Under the pieces are notes generated by a model, which had not been told where the DNA came from, made no database searches, and worked only from the letters and a program-made list of their open reading frames with translations. 64,000 bases of DNA from NCBI GenBank assembly GCA_963775465.1, contig CAVZIW010000006.1, forward strand, positions 160,001 to 224,000, in the 5' to 3' direction. Shown in pieces: positions 30,574 through 41,296 of the stretch. Position 1 is the stretch's first letter. Every line of letters starts with the position of its first letter. The DNA comes from Candidatus Bathyarchaeota archaeon. GTDB lineage: Archaea > Thermoproteota > Bathyarchaeia > Bathyarchaeales > Bathycorpusculaceae. A program made the position numbers and the translations under genes.

Positions 30574-31407
30574 TTATAGCCCTATGGCTCTTTTTATAGA
30601 GGAGATAAACCAGAGAAACCCATACGCCAAACGGGACACCCAATCTTCCGGCGGCGGAAAATACAGCAGATACGGCTCCTTGAAGGGGTCGGACAGGTCA
30701 TGACCAAACCTATTTGTTGCATACAGGTAATACCATTTCTCAAGCAATGCCCGGTCAAGCCTTTCCAGTTTTGGATTTAGCCTAATTTTTTCATCTTCCA
30801 AAAGCTGCCGTTTCAACCCTGCAAAAACGTGGTAACAATTTAAAATAACCACAGGCGGACGCCCATCTTCTAGCAACAACTGCTCTATGGGTATCTGTCG
30901 AATCTGAGTAGCATTGTTTTGCCCCATCTTGCCCCCCCAAGGATAGGTCTTCTCAGAAGCTGTAGTATAAACTACTGTTCTAAAAGACGCTGAAGAAATT
31001 TCCATGTAGACTTCGACGCCGTGTCCTCCGTTCTCAATAGGTCCAGTTGATGACACTACGATTCTATCTAGTTTGCCGCTCTCCAAGTTGAAGTGGACTT
31101 GAATCTGCTCGTAATCATGGTCATGGTCTTTGTTGAGTTCCTGCCAACTGCAATCTTGACGCCTCCAGTACACTTCATAAATTACTGCGAGCTGCTTTGA
31201 CGGTTTAAAAATCAACCTGTAAGCAATCATGTCCGGCGGGTAGGGGAAGCTACCGTAGCTACGGGGATCATACAGTACAGGCATATAGTCTAGAGCTAAT
31301 TGATCACTGTACCCCACATATAAGCCAGTTGGGACAAACGGGTCTTTGGGGTCGTATTCAACATTGTACTGTTTGTCTTCAAGAGTCAACAAGGCGTTTT
31401 CTACCAT
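30574..31407 (-). CDS. Hypothetical protein with NPP1/Vps62-like motif
   Basis: 'IYEVYWRRQD...DHDHDYEQIQVHF' resembles NLP 'Y.WYF.KD...GHRHDWE.VVV'. Confidence 0.55.
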   Translation of the reverse strand: MVENALLTLEDKQYNVEYDPKDPFVPTGLYVGYSDQLALDYMPVLYDPRSYGSFPYPPDMIAYRLIFKPSKQLAVIYEVYWRRQDCSWQELNKDHDHDYEQIQVHFNLESGKLDRIVVSSTGPIENGGHGVEVYMEISSASFRTVVYTTASEKTYPWGGKMGQNNATQIRQIPIEQLLLEDGRPPVVILNCYHVFAGLKRQLLEDEKIRLNPKLERLDRALLEKWYYLYATNRFGHDLSDPFKEPYLLYFPPPEDWVSRLAYGFLWFISSIKRAIGL

Positions 31408-31455
31408 CACTTCCCCCCCAGACAAGTACTTTAACCCAAAAATGGGCCGATGCCA

Positions 31456-32187
31456 CTAATGGGGGCTTATTTGGAGCCTACGCTTCACAGGGATCGTTTT
31501 TGCGGATTTAGTTGTTGCTTGCCGAGTCAGCTGGGGCTCGTTAGGTTTAGCGCGATCTTCTGGCTTGATAAGCTCAATTCTTATGCGGGACGGCACCTTT
31601 AAGCAGAAAATTAAAGCTTGAGCGGGGTTGATGCAAATTTTGGCTGGCGTTATGGCGCATTCACTGCATTCCACCGATTGAGGCGGCGCGTTTCGAGGTG
31701 TTTTTCCAATTTCAGGATAGACTATTTTAAGTTCCGCTTGTGTTTTATTGAGTGTGTTTCGGATTAGGTAGCTACCTGGTCGGAGAAGTGTGGCTATGTA
31801 GAGGTCTTCAGCTTTCAGTTCGAGGCTGTCGAAAACTTTTGCTGCGTTGTCCTTGTTTGTCTTGTGGATTTCTAAGCTGTAGCCTCCGGCACCTGAAGAC
31901 ACATAGAACAATGCGGTTCCGCCAGTTTTTAGCGTATAGCAGTTGCATTTTTCGCTCTCGAAATGTTTTTGCGGAGGCAGTTCAAGCGGCTGTAAGTCGA
32001 TTTTGAGACTGGGCTGCATATTCGCTGCTTCAGCTACAACAATTTTGAATCTACCCACATCGTTGCCTGCTCTTTTGAGGATTGCAAAGTATTCTCCAGC
32101 TTCGCTGAATCGATGCGCCACAGAAGTTAAAACGGTCAATAAGCCGCTGTCCACGTTAATTTGAGATAGAATATGTCGATTAATCAT
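31456..32187 (-). CDS. Hypothetical protein with two cupredoxin-like repeats
   Basis: 'VDSGLL...HRFSEAGEY' and 'FDSLEL...TLLRPGSY'; RBS GAGGTG overlaps the upstream stop. Confidence 0.6.
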   Translation of the reverse strand: MINRHILSQINVDSGLLTVLTSVAHRFSEAGEYFAILKRAGNDVGRFKIVVAEAANMQPSLKIDLQPLELPPQKHFESEKCNCYTLKTGGTALFYVSSGAGGYSLEIHKTNKDNAAKVFDSLELKAEDLYIATLLRPGSYLIRNTLNKTQAELKIVYPEIGKTPRNAPPQSVECSECAITPAKICINPAQALIFCLKVPSRIRIELIKPEDRAKPNEPQLTRQATTKSAKTIPVKRRLQISPH

Positions 32188-32198
32188 TTCATTCACCT

Positions 32199-34058
32199 CT
32201 AATTACCTAAATCTCCTTCAATTATCATTTCATCGCCGGTGATTCGCACACCTATGAATTCTATTGGAAGCTTCACGGGGATTAAGCTGCCATCAGCGGG
32301 CAAAATCGGAAGCGGGTCCTCTATTTCGAGGGGCGGCACTATACTTGTGAGGAAGCCATTGAGTGCGGCGAGCAAACCGTTAAACAGACCCAAATCTGTT
32401 AGGGCGTCAAGAAGCCATTCGCCTACATCGTCGGGGATGTCTAGCGCTGTACGGATGAAATCTTCGATAGGTCCGAAGAGGAATTTAAAGACATCTCTTG
32501 CCCAATCCGGCAAAGGAGCCAATAGCAAGTCGATGGCTGCGTTAACCGCGTTCGTCACCAAGTCAGCTACGGTGTCTGCGATGTCAATAATATCTAAGTC
32601 AAAGGGCAACGTGGGTACGATCACGATTTGCCACCGATTCGGTAACCCGGGACTGGTTCCATAGAAAACTTGAATTCCAGCAGTAAAACTGATTTCTGAA
32701 GTTATTAATCCGCTTAAGTTGATAGGAAGGCAAAAGTCTGGGCTTGCACTAAAGAAGCAGAAAGAGGGTACATCAAGAAGGCAACCGTCAAACGGTATGG
32801 GAATGATGCAGCCTCCTGGAGTGCAGACTTCAGGGATGTCGACGCATAGGTTCAGGCTAAGAGTATCCCATTTCACATCTAACTCTGAGACGTGAATGGT
32901 TCCGTTACTCCTCAAATCCACTGAGCCGCCCTGGAGATGTGCACCCGCAGCATAGTTCGCCGAAAAAGGTCCAAAACTGCCGCTATCGGCGCACAAAACC
33001 TTGAAGCCTTTCACTACGGCCGCAAAGATTTTTTCGAACGCTTTCTGCGAGATTGCAGCAGTCAAGTCAAAGGTTCCGCTTCGGGTTCGCGGGCGTGTCG
33101 TCCGAGTTATGGTTGGTCCTCCTCCGCCTCCAGAGGGCAGTTTGCAGTCAACCGGAGTAATGTTTATGTTAAGGTTTATTTGGTCAAGGTCAATGAAGGC
33201 TTTAAGCTGGTTTTGCTCAATCGCAGGGTTGTTGGGTACAGCAGTGGAGCCTGAAATCTGCAAACTCCCCATACTCTGCGGTAAATTGAATACTCCAAAC
33301 GCCAAGTTCGAAACAGACGAAGCCAAAGGCGGAATAATGCCCTGATTTAACGCGAGCATAGCGTAGCATTCTATGGCGTTTTCTAGTCCCTCCGGTTTAA
33401 GGTCCACGATTTCTATGCCGTCAACTGTGGGAAGAATAGTCTGAGAACCGACGGGTCCAGTTATTTTTGCCCCAGCAATTGCGTAGAGGTCTAGACAGAA
33501 ACACTCCAGTTTTGATGTGGGCAAAACCACAACCTCTTTGGTTGGAGGAGGAAAATCGACTTTTATGGGGGGTCTATTGCTGATTGCTGCGTCTGAAATC
33601 GCGGCAGCTCTTTTGTTTGCCAATCTGCTTGCAGTTAAAACTTGGTCTGTAAGTTTTCCTGGAAGGGGCATTCTGCCTTTTGGGCACCCGATGCCTGCGC
33701 AGACTTGGAAGTGGACTGCTAGACGTTGGTTGGGCAATGGGGCTAATTCTGGTGGAAGACTAAATGTGTTTCCTGGGTGGAAGTCTATTTGTCCTTTGGT
33801 TAATTGAACGCAGTAGTTTAAGCCCAAGTTTGTTCCCAATACGGGTAAAGGGTCTAGTACAGTGATGAGGGGGTTACCTGCTTCGATGACTTGGGGTGCG
33901 ACATCGATTTGTCTACAAAGCAATTCGGGGTCACGCAGAACCTGCAAGGTGCCATAGTTGAAAAGTGACGGTCGCTGCATCATTACATGCTTTACGACGC
34001 GGTTTATGCCTGCATCTTGGATTGCAACGTAGAAATCCGAGTTGGCTGTTAATGCCAT
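32199..34058 (-). CDS. Large hypothetical protein, two-domain internal repeat (TULIP/BPI-like?)
   Basis: 619-aa ORF, strong RBS GGAGGAGTGA; 'DFYVAIQDAGINR' versus 'DLTAAISQKAFEK' repeat. Confidence 0.6.
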   Translation of the reverse strand: MALTANSDFYVAIQDAGINRVVKHVMMQRPSLFNYGTLQVLRDPELLCRQIDVAPQVIEAGNPLITVLDPLPVLGTNLGLNYCVQLTKGQIDFHPGNTFSLPPELAPLPNQRLAVHFQVCAGIGCPKGRMPLPGKLTDQVLTASRLANKRAAAISDAAISNRPPIKVDFPPPTKEVVVLPTSKLECFCLDLYAIAGAKITGPVGSQTILPTVDGIEIVDLKPEGLENAIECYAMLALNQGIIPPLASSVSNLAFGVFNLPQSMGSLQISGSTAVPNNPAIEQNQLKAFIDLDQINLNINITPVDCKLPSGGGGGPTITRTTRPRTRSGTFDLTAAISQKAFEKIFAAVVKGFKVLCADSGSFGPFSANYAAGAHLQGGSVDLRSNGTIHVSELDVKWDTLSLNLCVDIPEVCTPGGCIIPIPFDGCLLDVPSFCFFSASPDFCLPINLSGLITSEISFTAGIQVFYGTSPGLPNRWQIVIVPTLPFDLDIIDIADTVADLVTNAVNAAIDLLLAPLPDWARDVFKFLFGPIEDFIRTALDIPDDVGEWLLDALTDLGLFNGLLAALNGFLTSIVPPLEIEDPLPILPADGSLIPVKLPIEFIGVRITGDEMIIEGDLGN

Positions 34059-34328
34059 AGCTTAGTCACTCCTCCAAAAGTTTAGGTCGTCATTGTAAGA
34101 GATTGATGGTTTTTCACAAATTAAGAATTTGATAAACACATTATGGTCTCCTTAAACTCGCTAAAAATAACTGAATATAGTATAGTGTTACTTAATATTA
34201 ACTTATCTTAAAACAAACCCCGAGGAAACTACGTTTTCTTAACGGACAATAGGTATAGTTGGCATTAATCGATCAAAACGGGCATAATATGGAATCACCC
34301 CCAAACTGAGAATATCTAAGATATTAAC

Positions 34329-34547
34329 ATGAAGAAAACATTTGCAGCTCTAGCCTTATTTTTAGCATTTTTTATCGCAGGAACTGGATTTTTCTCTATT
34401 AATTTAGCTCAACGCGCTTCTTTATTAAACGAGTCTCTTGATTTCAAATATGAGGCTATCTTTAGAACCAATTTCACACGCATGTTTTACTATTTTCTTG
34501 CTAAATGGTTTGTTTCCACTCGTCTAAGACCACCGAACCTGCCATGA
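34329..34547 (+). pseudogene. Remnant of a secreted-protein gene (signal peptide only)
   Basis: 'MKKTFAALALFLAFFIAG...NLAQ' like neighbouring surface proteins, then no recognisable domain. Confidence 0.35.
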
Positions 34548-35091
34548 GGGTAACAACACATACTGAACCCGTCAGATTAACCTGGGAAGCCCCCAGCACA
34601 GTGTAAAAATTCACGCCAAATGACTGGCTCATTCCTGCATCTATTCTGTCGATGCGAATGTTATCTTCTCGTCCAACATCAATCCGAGTTATTGAGTTCT
34701 TATCATACAATTTAGCCCACAAGGTCAGACCACATAATGGGATAACATCATTATTCTGAACAGTAACATTGACAGGGTTGGCGAGGGTTAATCCGCCTAT
34801 TGGATTGAAACCTCCAACAAAGCTGACTGCTGTTATCTTCACAAGCAGAGGGCGTGCTAAGGAGAGTTGATAAGTATAGTCTCTTAAACGGTCTTGTTGT
34901 TCCTTATTCTGATTTTGTTTATCTATTATTTGGCTCTGTAAGGAAGTATTGTTTAGTTGCAATTCACCGTTTTGAGTCCTCAGATAATCAGTCTGACTCT
35001 GCAAATCACTGAATTGACTGTAGACAAGCCAGGAAGCGCTGGATAGAAGAATAATTGTCATAAAAACAATGGCTAATAGTCGTATCTTCAT
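34501..35091 (-). CDS. Membrane-anchored coiled-coil plus beta-sandwich protein
   Basis: N-terminal TM, Q/N-rich coiled coil, 'VNVTVQN' domain; ATGA overlap with upstream gene. Confidence 0.7.
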   Translation of the reverse strand: MKIRLLAIVFMTIILLSSASWLVYSQFSDLQSQTDYLRTQNGELQLNNTSLQSQIIDKQNQNKEQQDRLRDYTYQLSLARPLLVKITAVSFVGGFNPIGGLTLANPVNVTVQNNDVIPLCGLTLWAKLYDKNSITRIDVGREDNIRIDRIDAGMSQSFGVNFYTVLGASQVNLTGSVCVVTLMAGSVVLDEWKQTI

Positions 35092-36359
35092 GAAGCCGCC
35101 CCTCCACGTTTCTTGAGGTACATCAACAAACCAACAGCCATTATAACCACCAATACAACAAAAACAGAAGCCATTACGGTGACAGTTGGGAAAACTTTTA
35201 CGTTAAAATAAATCGTGCTTGGAGCACTAACAATTCCATATTCATCTACGGCAAAAATAGTGACATTATGCTCTCCACTGGACAAGTTATTCAAAATGAG
35301 CGATGCATTTACGTTGGCGGTCACATTTTTGCCATTATCTAAAGAGTACAGAATTTCTGAGACAGGTTTGTTTGCGGCAAAATCCAGCACCACCTTAACA
35401 GCATCATAGGTCTTGTTTTGAGCATTTGCAAATGATACCGTTGGAATAATGCTGTCTACCGTAAAATTAACCGATGAAGAGCTGCCAATGTCATAAACAT
35501 AAAAAGTGTTTTCAGACACAAAACTTCCTGTCCCAGAAGCAAAAACTGTTATGGTGTGATTTCCATCGGGCATTCCAGTCAAAGTATAATTAAACAGATT
35601 GGATGAAGAGGTATTGTTCAAGTGATATTCAGATGTATTGTTTTTATGCCAAGCGACTTTATACCAAACGTCAGTAAGGACAGATACATCTTTTGAGTTG
35701 GTAGCTTTGAAAGATAAAGAAACATTGTTGGAAGTAACGACTACGCTGTTTGGAGAGTAAATTGTTATCTTAGGCGGTATAGCGTCTTCTGGTGGAGATA
35801 CAGAACCACCCCAAACATACTGGTCAGTGTTTACGTAGAATAATATCTTTGAAGAATTACCCATAACCGTATTGTATGTATAGTCGTAGTCAGGACTGGC
35901 AGTCCAATAATTGTATTGACCTTCTGCACTGACAGATATTGTATGTAAACCTTGAGAAAGCCCTTTCAACGGTAATTTATAGCTAAAAGATGCAGGAATT
36001 GGTTTTACGGATAATCCTGTATAGTTGTCGTTTGCAGGAAATGTAACAGCTGGTTTTCCATCTATGCTGTATCGAATATAGTTTACTTTGCCTTGGCAAT
36101 CATAGTTGTAGACAATTGCTCCTGAAGTAAACCATGATGCTGGTTTGACTATTGTTAACTCCAACTCAAAGTCTGGACTGTAAACGTGGTTTTTGACTGG
36201 ATTTATGACTCTTATTGAGAGTGGAGTGTAGTCTGGACCGGGATTCATAACTGGCCCCATTTGAGCAAAAGCACTGTTCAAAAACAACATCTGAGCAATA
36301 ACAGATAGAATGAGTACCCAGAAGAAGGTTGTCGTTACAGCTTTTCTACTCATGCACAT
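35088..36359 (-). CDS. Cell-surface protein with three Ig-like repeats and C-terminal TM anchor
   Basis: Repeated 'YS(I/L)DG/N...L..LS.G.H.I.V.A'; 'FPT..TM..YLKKR'. Confidence 0.8.
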   Translation of the reverse strand: MCMSRKAVTTTFFWVLILSVIAQMLFLNSAFAQMGPVMNPGPDYTPLSIRVINPVKNHVYSPDFELELTIVKPASWFTSGAIVYNYDCQGKVNYIRYSIDGKPAVTFPANDNYTGLSVKPIPASFSYKLPLKGLSQGLHTISVSAEGQYNYWTASPDYDYTYNTVMGNSSKILFYVNTDQYVWGGSVSPPEDAIPPKITIYSPNSVVVTSNNVSLSFKATNSKDVSVLTDVWYKVAWHKNNTSEYHLNNTSSSNLFNYTLTGMPDGNHTITVFASGTGSFVSENTFYVYDIGSSSSVNFTVDSIIPTVSFANAQNKTYDAVKVVLDFAANKPVSEILYSLDNGKNVTANVNASLILNNLSSGEHNVTIFAVDEYGIVSAPSTIYFNVKVFPTVTVMASVFVVLVVIMAVGLLMYLKKRGGAAS

Positions 36360-36637
36360 CTAACTTAGTTTTGAATTAACTTATGATAAAAGACTTCTTG
36401 TCTACGTTTCTGAACAAAACCTGTTTTTCTAAGTCAAGGGTTCTGAACTAAAAAAAAACAAATGTTGTGGGAAACATGCATTTCCACATGCTCAATCAAT
36501 GTTCCGAGTCTGTGAGGTGCCAACTACAGCTCCCTACACTTTCACTCGCCAGTCCCCAGCACACAAAATACTCTTTGCCACTCGATTAATTAGACCCCTC
36601 AATAAAGAAGCCCCTTGAAGTTGAGTTTATTTGTGCA

Positions 36638-36802
36638 ATGATTGCGGCCTTTAAAACATGTGATTCCTGCGGCAAGCATCCTGCAACATTCTGTTGCCAA
36701 AGATGCAAAATTCGGCTATGCTACAAATGCAACCTCAACATGGTAGTTACAGGGCTAAAGCAAGGTGGGGAATGCCCCATGTGCAGAGAAAAACTCCACT
36801 GA
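36638..36802 (+). CDS. 54-aa RING/B-box-like zinc-finger protein (not in ORF track)
   Basis: MIAAFKTCDSCGKHPATFCCQRCKIRLCYKCNLNMVVTGLKQGGECPMCREKLH; four CxxC pairs. Confidence 0.7.
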   Translation: MIAAFKTCDSCGKHPATFCCQRCKIRLCYKCNLNMVVTGLKQGGECPMCREKLH

Positions 36803-37189
36803 GCTTATCCAATAGAACAAGAACATAGACGGGTTAGCTGAGGCTCCGTCAATTAAATGGAGAAAAGAGAAAATGATGCGGGAGACATCGCCATTTGGTA
36901 CATTCATTGGTACACTGGTATCGCTGCTCATGGTATTTTTGCCCTAAATAGAAAAAAAGAATTTTTCCTTATTCTTTTGCTTCTTTGAAAAATGCGGTTG
37001 CAAGGACAACTAACACAAAGACGACAAATAGGCTGACAACTTCTTGCGATAAGATTTGACTGCTTTGTTGAAAACAACCAATATATGGAATTTTGATCTG
37101 TGACTGTAGACATACACCTACAAAGCCTAAAATAAACAAAAGTCAACAACATTTCATCGAGTTTTTGTCGAAAAAGAGGTTGATGAACT

Positions 37190-37696
37190 GTGCAAAAAAT
37201 TATTCCGTGTTTATGGTTTGATAAACAAGCTGAGGAAGCTATAGAATTCTATATAACGATTTTTAATTCCGCGCCTAAGAGTCTTAAAAACTCAATGATA
37301 GTAAGTATTCAACGTTACCCAGAAGAACCAACTAACATTCCAGTAAAAGGGATGGAAGGAAAAATTCTTACAGCTATTTTTGAGCTTAACGGGCAGCGTT
37401 TTATGGCACTTGATGGAGGTCCAATATTCAAATTCACTGAGGCGACATCTTTCTATGTGGAGTGTGCGGATCAAGAAGAGGTTGATTATTTTTGGGGAAA
37501 GCTATCCGCGGTTCCGGAGTCTGAGGTGTGTGGTTGGCTGAAAGATAAGTATGGTCTGTCATGGCAGATTATTCCGAAGCGAATGGGCGAACTGTTGGCT
37601 GACAAAGATAAAATTAAAGCAAAAAGAGTCATGGATGCTATGCTTAAGATGAAAAAGATCGTCATCAAAGACCTGGAAAAAGCGTACAAAGGATAG
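37190..37696 (+). CDS. VOC/PhnB-like protein (3-demethylubiquinone-9 3-methyltransferase family)
   Basis: 'MQKIIPCLWFD', 'CGWLKDKYGLSWQI', 'MLKMKKI'. Confidence 0.9.
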   Translation: MQKIIPCLWFDKQAEEAIEFYITIFNSAPKSLKNSMIVSIQRYPEEPTNIPVKGMEGKILTAIFELNGQRFMALDGGPIFKFTEATSFYVECADQEEVDYFWGKLSAVPESEVCGWLKDKYGLSWQIIPKRMGELLADKDKIKAKRVMDAMLKMKKIVIKDLEKAYKG

Positions 37697-37763
37697 GTTC
37701 AAAAAAATTTCCTTTTTCCTTTATTGAGGAAACAAAAGAACAGAATAATGCAAAAGGGTAGGA

Positions 37764-37876
37764 ATGAAAATAGTGTTAAATTGTATTCCGTTTCTTTTGT
37801 TCGATGGAAATCGTGTTGAAGCAATGACTTTTTATCAAAAGTGTCTTGGAGGGGCTTAACTCTTACTATGCTGTGA
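37764..37876 (+). pseudogene. Truncated PhnB-like VOC gene fragment
   Basis: MKIVLNCIPFLLFDGNRVEAMTFYQKCLGG, then frameshift to 'LTLTML' and stop. Confidence 0.6.
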
Positions 37877-38209
37877 GCCCTAGCGCTCACTGAAACACAT
37901 CAATCTCAGTACCGTTATTCTTGCTTTTCCTCTTATTCACCAAAGTTTTCTGCTTCCCTCAAACTTTGGAAGATAGAAAGCGTGTAAGGCAACTTATCGC
38001 GCTATTGAGCTGGTTTTTTGGCTGTCTGACTGCTCGCAAAAATTTTTTAGGCTGTAAATGCCTTGGGCAAAATTTAGATTTGACCCTTAAATACCGCAGT
38101 TGCTAGCTTTATTCAAAAAAATGGTTATGGTAACTGAGTTTGGGTTGTTTTTGATCGTGTTTTTTGGGATTGCTTTTTGGGCAAGAAAAATTTTGCCCAG
38201 CGATTTTAG

Positions 38210-41047
38210 CTAAACAAAAGCTATTTTAGTATTTTTGGGGCGCTTGGGGTGGGCGATTCTTGAAGAAAGCAACAACCGCAAACGCCATAACCAAAACTAT
38301 AACAAAAGCGACTATAACCAGCGTCCACGGAAATGGAGGGTCCAAAGCCAACGGGACCGCTTTTCTGGGTTCGGTGTTTGTTGTTTGATCTTGTGTTTGG
38401 GCTGGCTGGGGGGTTTCAGTGAGGTTTATGGTGCCTGTTGATGTTTGCGTTGCTTCAGATGGCGATAGATCCTCTGATGCTGGTTGAACTGTGTTTATTG
38501 CGTGAACAATTGGGTATCGGTCTAGTAATCTTCGACCACAGGGTAGGGTGTGTCGCCAAAGCCGTCTCCATTTCCGTCTTTGCCTGTGTAGTCGCTCCAG
38601 TAATTTCCTCCCACCGGCGGAGTTTGATACCAGCTGTTGTTAGTTGAAGTGTAGTAGACGTCTATTGGCCAGCGTGAAGGGTCGGAGTGTTGCTCTTCGG
38701 CTTGTTTAGCGTTGGAGATAAAGTTGTTATTGTAGACTTGGTTGTAGCCACCTTCGAAGACGTGGAAGCTAAGTTGGTTGTTTTGAAAGTTGTTGTTTCG
38801 AATTGTGCAGTTATAGCCGTTCATGTTGATTGCGATCTCGCAATCTGTGAAGTTGTTGTATGCAACTGTTACGTATGAGCCCAGCATTATTCCTTTACCG
38901 ATGAAGGTGTTAGAGGCGACGGTTGTGTTTCTGCCAGACCACATGCCTGTGGTTAGGTAGTTTCTAAGTACAGAGACGTTTGAGCCGTTGATGTGGTTTT
39001 CCTGAATTCTTATTCCATTACCAGCGGTCATAAAGTTATCTGAGATTATCGAGTTTGTTGTGTCGACAAGATAGATGCTATAGCTGTTGTATGTTCCGGC
39101 TTTGTCGATGTGGATGCGCATACTGTAATGTAGCTGCAGTTAATCAGCAACACAACACCTGCGTCCGAAGGGACTGCTTTGTTGTGTTGGTTTATCCAGA
39201 AGTATGTTGGTTTGCCATCGACCAGGTTGGAGCTGTCTATGTCCTGTATGGGAGCCATTCCATGAGGCTGTCGGTGAAGTAGTATGCTCCGCTTCTGTTG
39301 TGTTGAGTCGGTTGCCGTACTGTGGCTTGACCGTATTGAAGCTTATTGCGTACATGCAATTATTTTCAATTAGGTTATTCAAAATTTGGTGGTTAGTGCC
39401 TCTCTCAAGCGCTATACCCATGCCGTCGTTGCCGTAGATGTGAGTGTTTGTGATCGTGTTGTTGGTGCCTTCGACCCAGATTGAGAAGCAATAGTATGGG
39501 GCTCCGCCTGATATTGTATTGTTTGTAATGATGCAGTTACTGCTACCCAAATGTTAAGTGTGTCAGTTATGTCCATTGAGCCCATGTGGATGGCTGTTCC
39601 GAAGAATCCGGAGAAAATGGCATTCATGACGGTGACGTTGTCTCTGTTGTTTAGTTCGATATCGCCTCCAGTCATGATTTTGCCGTTTCCAAATAATGTG
39701 TGACCTGCCCCGTTGATTATTATGTTGTCTTTCTGAACCCTTATTGAGCCGCCGATGTCTCCTGTTAGCGTGTAGCGGTTTCCATCACGAGTTATTGGGG
39801 CATTGGGGTTTGAGATGGAGCCGTCTGGGTAGATTGTGATATACTGCTTGCCGCCTCCGCCAGGAGATGATCCACCCGCAACGTTAAGCTGAAAGTATGG
39901 TGATACGCTTTCTGAGTTGATGCAATATAGATTGCCGTCGTCGGATCCTATTAAGACCTGTCCGTCCTTTGTCACGGTGGGTGAACTGTAGACTGAACCG
40001 CCGGTTGTATAACTCCAAAGTTGATACCCACTCGAAGCGTTGACTGCGTAGATATTGTTGTCAGTAGACCCCACATATACCACTCCATCAAGGACTGCGG
40101 GACTTGAAATGATGCAGTTATACGCAGCAAAGCTCCAGATTTTAGCGCCTGACGCGGCATCTAGGGCATATAGGTTGCCATTGTTGGCGCCGATGTATAC
40201 GATGTCGTTGACTACAGCTGGGGAGGACTCGGTAAGAGCACCAGTGTAGAAGCTCCAAATCTTCTCTCCAGTAGAAGCGTTTAAGGCGTACACATTGCGG
40301 TCGTCTGCTCCGAAATAAACTACACTGTTAACTATGGCGGGCGAAGAATAAACCATGTTATTTGGAATTCCCGTTGAGAAATTCCATAGCTTAACACCCG
40401 TAGCTGCGTTTAATTGCATACATCTGCCCCGAGTTAGTGTCAATTGCTCCGACGTAGACTATTCCGTTAACTACAGCTGGGCAAGAGAACGGGTTACAGT
40501 TGACTCTAAAACTCCAAATCGCCGACCCATCCGATGCGCTAAGTGCAATGATAGTGCCGTTGCCGCTGCCAAAGTAAACCACTCCATCCGCAACCGCCGC
40601 CGTAGAGGTATGGTAGCCGTTAATGAAAAACTTGCTCCAGATCTCTGCGCCTGTTGTGCTGTTGAGTGCGTAGAGTTTTCCGTCCTGTGATCCCACAAAA
40701 ACCGCGCCATCTGAGACAACCGGGGAAGCATAGATGTCGCCGCCCATCTTGAAACTCCACAACTTCGCTCCCGTGTCTTCGTCAAGAGCGTAGACGTAAT
40801 TATCGTAGGATGTGATATAGACGATACCGTTAGAGAGGGCTGGAGAGGATTTTATGCTGCCGTCGGTAGAGAAGTTCCATGTAACCTGAATAGGCGTCCA
40901 GTCACCGCTTGCTACTCCAGTGCGGTTGAGGTCGCCGCGAAACATTGACCAATCGGCGCTGGCAGGTGATGCCAACAGTGATAGGATAATAGACAAAACG
41001 CCGATGATGAGCAGAGTCTTGATTACTATACCAGCCATACGTTTCAC
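38210..41047 (-). pseudogene. Frameshifted surface protein: PQQ-type beta-propeller + NosD/CASH beta-helix + TM anchor
   Basis: Consecutive fragments 40391-41047, 39412-40443, 39140-39550, 39046-39258 and 38522-39121 join into one gene via single-base indels ('SSPAV..G.VY.G' repeats, 'QDIDSSNLVDGKP', 'GGNYWSDY...GDGFGDTPY', TM 'PFPWTLVIV'); left end approximate. Confidence 0.8.
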
Positions 41048-41296
41048 AGCTACATGAAGCCTCAGGCGTTTTTTGATTTAAAGATTTTTGTCAAGGTTTG
41101 TGGACCAAGCTTAGTCCAGAAATATCGACAAAAATTGGTCAGCGCCTTTTTGTCTTAATCAAGTTTTAGCTAGCGGAGAGTTATGAAGCGAAAATGAAAA
41201 AATAGGCTGCTCTCAGAAATATTATATTCAATGTTGATGATTCTGGATAATTGTTAAATAGCAAGCTGGCGCAGATTGTCTGAGAGGGGTTTAGGT

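Noticed and set aside
36928-38106. Short ORFs 36928..37152, 37699..37890 and 37921..38106
   Set aside because: Low-complexity AT-rich translations with no recognisable motifs
38500-38530. TAG readthrough (pyrrolysine) in the NosD-like gene
   Set aside because: The expected 'DRYP' continuation is in another frame, so this is a frameshift
39960-40870. Repeated sequence as diversity-generating retroelement TR/VR
   Set aside because: Repeats are beta-propeller blades; no reverse transcriptase in the window
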